Source: Desulfurococcaceae archaeon (GTDB taxonomy: Archaea; Thermoproteota; Thermoprotei_A; Sulfolobales; Desulfurococcaceae). Taken from it: a DNA stretch of 64,000 nucleotides. Shown in pieces: positions 60,467-64,000 of the stretch (positions are counted from its first letter, which is position 1; the number at the start of each line of letters is the position of its first letter). The position numbers and the translations under genes are program-made. The DNA lies in NCBI GenBank assembly GCA_038824035.1, contig JAWBBW010000001.1, forward strand, positions 101,508 through 165,507, written 5' to 3'. A model generated the notes under the pieces. It was not told the DNA's origin and ran no database searches. It saw only the letters and a list, made by a program, of their open reading frames with translations.

Positions 60467-62254
60467 ATGAACACTGTGACCCGGATATTACTGGCGATCG
60501 CGGTTATCTCGTCAATTACAATCACGTTAGCCGGGGTTCTTGTGTTCGCTGAGACCAGGCATTCACGTGAATTATCCGATATAGCTCGATCAGAGGCTGA
60601 GAAACGATATATTATAGAGTGGTGGTTGAGCTCAACGGGCATGGATATCAAGTACAATGTCTCGAGAATAGAGGATATTACACCAGAAAAAGCAAGCACT
60701 ATTTTAAATGAGGATATTTATAAGGGTGATATGGGGTTATTGATAGGTGGTATCCAGTTCAGATTTCTAAAGTACACGGGTACCGGCGTTGAGCAAATAA
60801 CCAGTGATGACATTGTAAAGGTATTCATGGCTATCGCAAATGCCAGGAACACTAAACTTAGCTGTGAAAACGTCCTAGGCAAGGCGTTTTATCATATAAT
60901 GGCCGGGTTGAGGAAACACCCCGAGACATGTAGATATACCATCAACGACATCGATGAGACGATATCGATTATACTGGGAATAGCCCTTGAGAACAATATC
61001 GATATCGAATACTTTTCATCTGTTATTGCGAAGTTCTATGCATTGAAAACAGCCATTAATAGAGGTATTCTCAGAGAGATTTACGACAAAATACTTGATG
61101 AGCTATTGATGAAGGAGTCATTACTATTGGCATTCATGTTTAAATCCATGGCAGATGAGCTAGGGGTAATCGTCGTCGAGGAAATAGGCATTGGAGATGT
61201 GCTGAGATCCATTATCAGCGATGGCGATAAGAGCGCTGTGTCGGAAATAGACCTAGATCTATTGCTCAAGACAATAACTGAATTGACAAGAGAGATCCAG
61301 GGCAAGAACATTGATATGAGCAGACTACCAGCAATAGTCGAAATAGTGCTCAGAGAGGGCATAGATCCAGGGGTTATCGAGAAATTACTATCCCTGGTGA
61401 AAGAGGCGAAAGATGAGGGTTCGTTGATAGTGGCTATATCAGGTGTCTTTGAACGAGGAATACCAGTACAAGTACAAAATGAGGCGGTGTTATCGAATAA
61501 TACGGAGATAGAGAGGTATGTGGGTTCATCAATTAGCGGCGTAGATCATCGAAGAATATATGAGGAAAGATATGGTATACAACCGATTGATCACGATCAA
61601 GGTGAGTTCGACGCGATCAATAGTGAAAAGGTGAACAGTGAAATAGACTCCCCATACAATGTCGTTGACGCCGAGATGGCCCTAGAAAATGCGTTTCAAA
61701 AGCTATTGGATAGAGTTAACAACGAGTTATTGAACTTGAACATAATTAAGACCGATAAGGCCTCGTCGAGCAACAAAGTGGATTCCCGCACTCGATCACC
61801 CCGTGTTTTGACAAGTCGCGAAATGAATATAGCTGAGTATGTTTCCACAGCACTGGGTTCAGCCATGCTCATTTCCTATGTATTGATCTACAGGAGAAAT
61901 GACCTCGTGAACTTGGCCAAGTATTTAGCGAAATTAATGAGAGGGATGGGATTACTCCTCGATAGCCATGTGAAATACACTGGATCCACTGATATAGGGG
62001 TTTTCGATAAGAGATCTGTATTTCTACACAAGTTCTGGAATAGCCTTATCAAGATATCGTCTAGACACGGTGTTGAAATCTCTGTTTCAACCACTCATAG
62101 AGAGGCCTATAGATCATTAGTGGCCAGGGGGGTTGATCCATGGATCAGTGCCGTATTGTGGAAACTGGTACTGGGCTATGAAAAGATCAGGTATAGCAAT
62201 GTTTTCGAAGACATGGACCTGGATGAGCTGATCAAAATAGCGGAGTCCCTGTGA
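60467..62254 (+). CDS. Membrane protein with C-terminal DUF4129-like domain
   Basis: N-terminal TM, long acidic region, TM, then STTHRE...LVLGYEKIRYS. Confidence 0.7.
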   Translation: MNTVTRILLAIAVISSITITLAGVLVFAETRHSRELSDIARSEAEKRYIIEWWLSSTGMDIKYNVSRIEDITPEKASTILNEDIYKGDMGLLIGGIQFRFLKYTGTGVEQITSDDIVKVFMAIANARNTKLSCENVLGKAFYHIMAGLRKHPETCRYTINDIDETISIILGIALENNIDIEYFSSVIAKFYALKTAINRGILREIYDKILDELLMKESLLLAFMFKSMADELGVIVVEEIGIGDVLRSIISDGDKSAVSEIDLDLLLKTITELTREIQGKNIDMSRLPAIVEIVLREGIDPGVIEKLLSLVKEAKDEGSLIVAISGVFERGIPVQVQNEAVLSNNTEIERYVGSSISGVDHRRIYEERYGIQPIDHDQGEFDAINSEKVNSEIDSPYNVVDAEMALENAFQKLLDRVNNELLNLNIIKTDKASSSNKVDSRTRSPRVLTSREMNIAEYVSTALGSAMLISYVLIYRRNDLVNLAKYLAKLMRGMGLLLDSHVKYTGSTDIGVFDKRSVFLHKFWNSLIKISSRHGVEISVSTTHREAYRSLVARGVDPWISAVLWKLVLGYEKIRYSNVFEDMDLDELIKIAESL

Positions 62255-62259
62255 TATCC

Positions 62260-62799
62260 ATGAATTCTGGGTTTAAACGGGTTTTAATAAACAAGTTGTC
62301 CTCTATATACATGTTACCCTTGTATGCCTCGTTGTCACTACTGGGATTGATGATGGCCTTCTCCATGGAGGCCTATAAGGCCATGGCCACATCGATCTTG
62401 ATAACAATATCCATTTACTATGTCCTAAGGATCTATATATATTTCAAGCTAGGTATCTTTCAGAGGACAATGAAGTTACCGAGATTGCTGATTAGATACA
62501 GGGGGTTTAACAGGGGTTTCTCAGTATTTCTCTTGATCAGCTCTATCATAAGCCTAGTGGAGCCATACATAGCACGTGTCACAAACATCGTCATCGCTTG
62601 GTTTGCATCCACAATGCTGGTTATTGTAATTATCTATGTGATTAAGAGACGTGGACATTGGGTTAAGTCATATATATTTAGCTTGATAGCCTTAATCCTA
62701 TTAATCACGCAGTATTTATTAGGGATGATTAACGAATATGGTATAAAAAATATTGATAACCTAGTAAAACTCCTAGAGGAGGTTCTTCATGGGGGTTGA
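62260..62799 (+). CDS. Polytopic membrane protein, unknown function
   Basis: About five hydrophobic segments; adjoins the previous gene. Confidence 0.75.
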   Translation: MNSGFKRVLINKLSSIYMLPLYASLSLLGLMMAFSMEAYKAMATSILITISIYYVLRIYIYFKLGIFQRTMKLPRLLIRYRGFNRGFSVFLLISSIISLVEPYIARVTNIVIAWFASTMLVIVIIYVIKRRGHWVKSYIFSLIALILLITQYLLGMINEYGIKNIDNLVKLLEEVLHGG

Positions 62800-62950
62800 C
62801 AACAGGTTATTAGAGATATGTATGTTCTTCTCACTCATATCCTTCATAATAGCCATCGCGCTCGCAATCCTTCAACGATATGTCGCATCATTCATAGCCC
62901 TAATATCGGGCCTCATAGTCCTTTCTTTCATCGGCGAGAGATCAAAATAA
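62789..62950 (+). CDS. 53-aa two-TM membrane protein (not in ORF track)
   Basis: GAGGAGGT RBS, then MGVDNRLLEICMFFSLISFIIAIALAILQRYVASFIALISGLIVLSFIGERSK*. Confidence 0.7.
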   Translation: MGVDNRLLEICMFFSLISFIIAIALAILQRYVASFIALISGLIVLSFIGERSK

Positions 62951-63945
62951 TGTATCCAGCGCTACTGGCATATATTCCGAGTTTCCACGACCTATATGAA
63001 AGACTTCTGCCACGGCTAAGGGAATCGGTGATAACCCTACCTAATGGAACAAAGTTCAATGTATGGGATCCTGAACACCCGTTTAGAATCGCCAAGTGGG
63101 CTCTTGACAACAAATTACTAGATGCTATGTCACCGGAAGACAAGATACGTATGATATGGGATCCTGGCTGGTGGAGATATGCCCCTGATGTGGCCGAGGA
63201 ATTGTTGAAGAGTGTTGGATTCTCCCGTGGCCCTGATGGTAAGTGGAGATTACCTGATGGAACACCATGGCGTATTACGATAACGTCGGCTGGGCCCTGG
63301 GAGATAGATGCGATGAGAATGGCCTATGGAATAGCGGAACAATGGATCAGGTTTGGAATAGACGTGAAAGTTGAAACAGTGGACCACGCGACATTTTGGA
63401 GCCAGCCATACCTAGGATATTATGATGTATTGGCTGGTTGGTGTATCCATACCGGGGGAGTATCATTCTATGTCTGGAGCGCGAGGTTAGCAAATCTCTT
63501 ACCAGAGTACGCTAAGCCAATAGGTGAATGGGCACCCAACTTCATAAGGCTAGTGGATGAGAAATTCGCCGAGATATTAAGAAAGATAATAGCCATTCTA
63601 GCTATAACACCAGGAGGCAAGTTAAATGAAGAATACCTGGCCTTAGCTATAGATCTAATAATGTATTACCTGGAGAAAATGTACCATATACCAGTTCAGA
63701 TCTCGAAGAAACTACCAATATTCGATACCTATTACTGGGTTGGATATCCAGTAGAGGATGCTGACCCACCGTGGATAGGCGACTTTGACCCATACTATTA
63801 TGCCGGTACTCAGTGGTTGCTTCCATTCCTAAGGCCTCGTGCAATCGCCACGCCGACACCCACGCCAACACCAACCCCGACACCTATGTTTTATCAACAT
63901 GTTATTTCCCTACGACTTGTAGGTTTCCTTGGAGAAAAATGCTGA
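62950..63945 (+). pseudogene. C-terminal fragment of a family-5 (oligosaccharide-type) solute-binding protein
   Basis: AEELLKSVGF..GPDGKWRLPDG, IAEQW..FGI, YWVGYP, (TP)n tail. No signal peptide or N-terminal half; no clear TM anchor after the tail. Confidence 0.7.
63850..63885 (+). repeat. Degenerate ACNCCN hexamer repeat encoding (TP)6
   Basis: acgccgacacccacgccaacaccaaccccgacacct. Confidence 0.8.
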
Positions 63946-64000
63946 AAGGACTGCTCCGATTATCCCTAATATGGCGCTGGCTATGCACATCATGTCTGTG

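Noticed and set aside
59731-60552. 273-aa plus-strand ORF and the many similar antisense ORFs in the track
   Set aside because: Ser/Ile-rich shadow frames opposite well-supported genes

Overview
Chromosomal segment of a hyperthermophilic crenarchaeon, most likely Desulfurococcaceae. This is inferred from archaeal tRNAs lacking CCA, a BHB intron, an Orc1-2-type initiator, TrpB2, a PfkB-type phosphofructokinase, GGTGA Shine-Dalgarno sites and BRE/TATA promoters. The window holds two tRNAs (Thr-GGT and an intron-containing His-GTG), at least three well-formed box C/D sRNA candidates, an argG-argH-carA-carB operon, fba-pfkB, a glucose/xylose-type CUT2 ABC transporter, a GH3 glycosidase, two Opp/Dpp-family ABC clusters and a MoxR-DUF58-DUF4129 module. 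I saw no CRISPR array, rRNA, transposase or integrase. The most notable observations are: (1) a circularly permuted family-5 solute-binding protein; (2) a GltPh-family transporter with a rewired substrate site directly upstream of the arg operon; (3) lesions concentrated in peptide uptake/degradation genes while sugar and amino-acid biosynthesis genes stay intact; (4) a DUF362 protein whose internal ferredoxin is encoded as a separate gene; (5) a structured RNA-like leader ahead of tRNA-His. All family assignments come from motif recognition and recall, not database searches.
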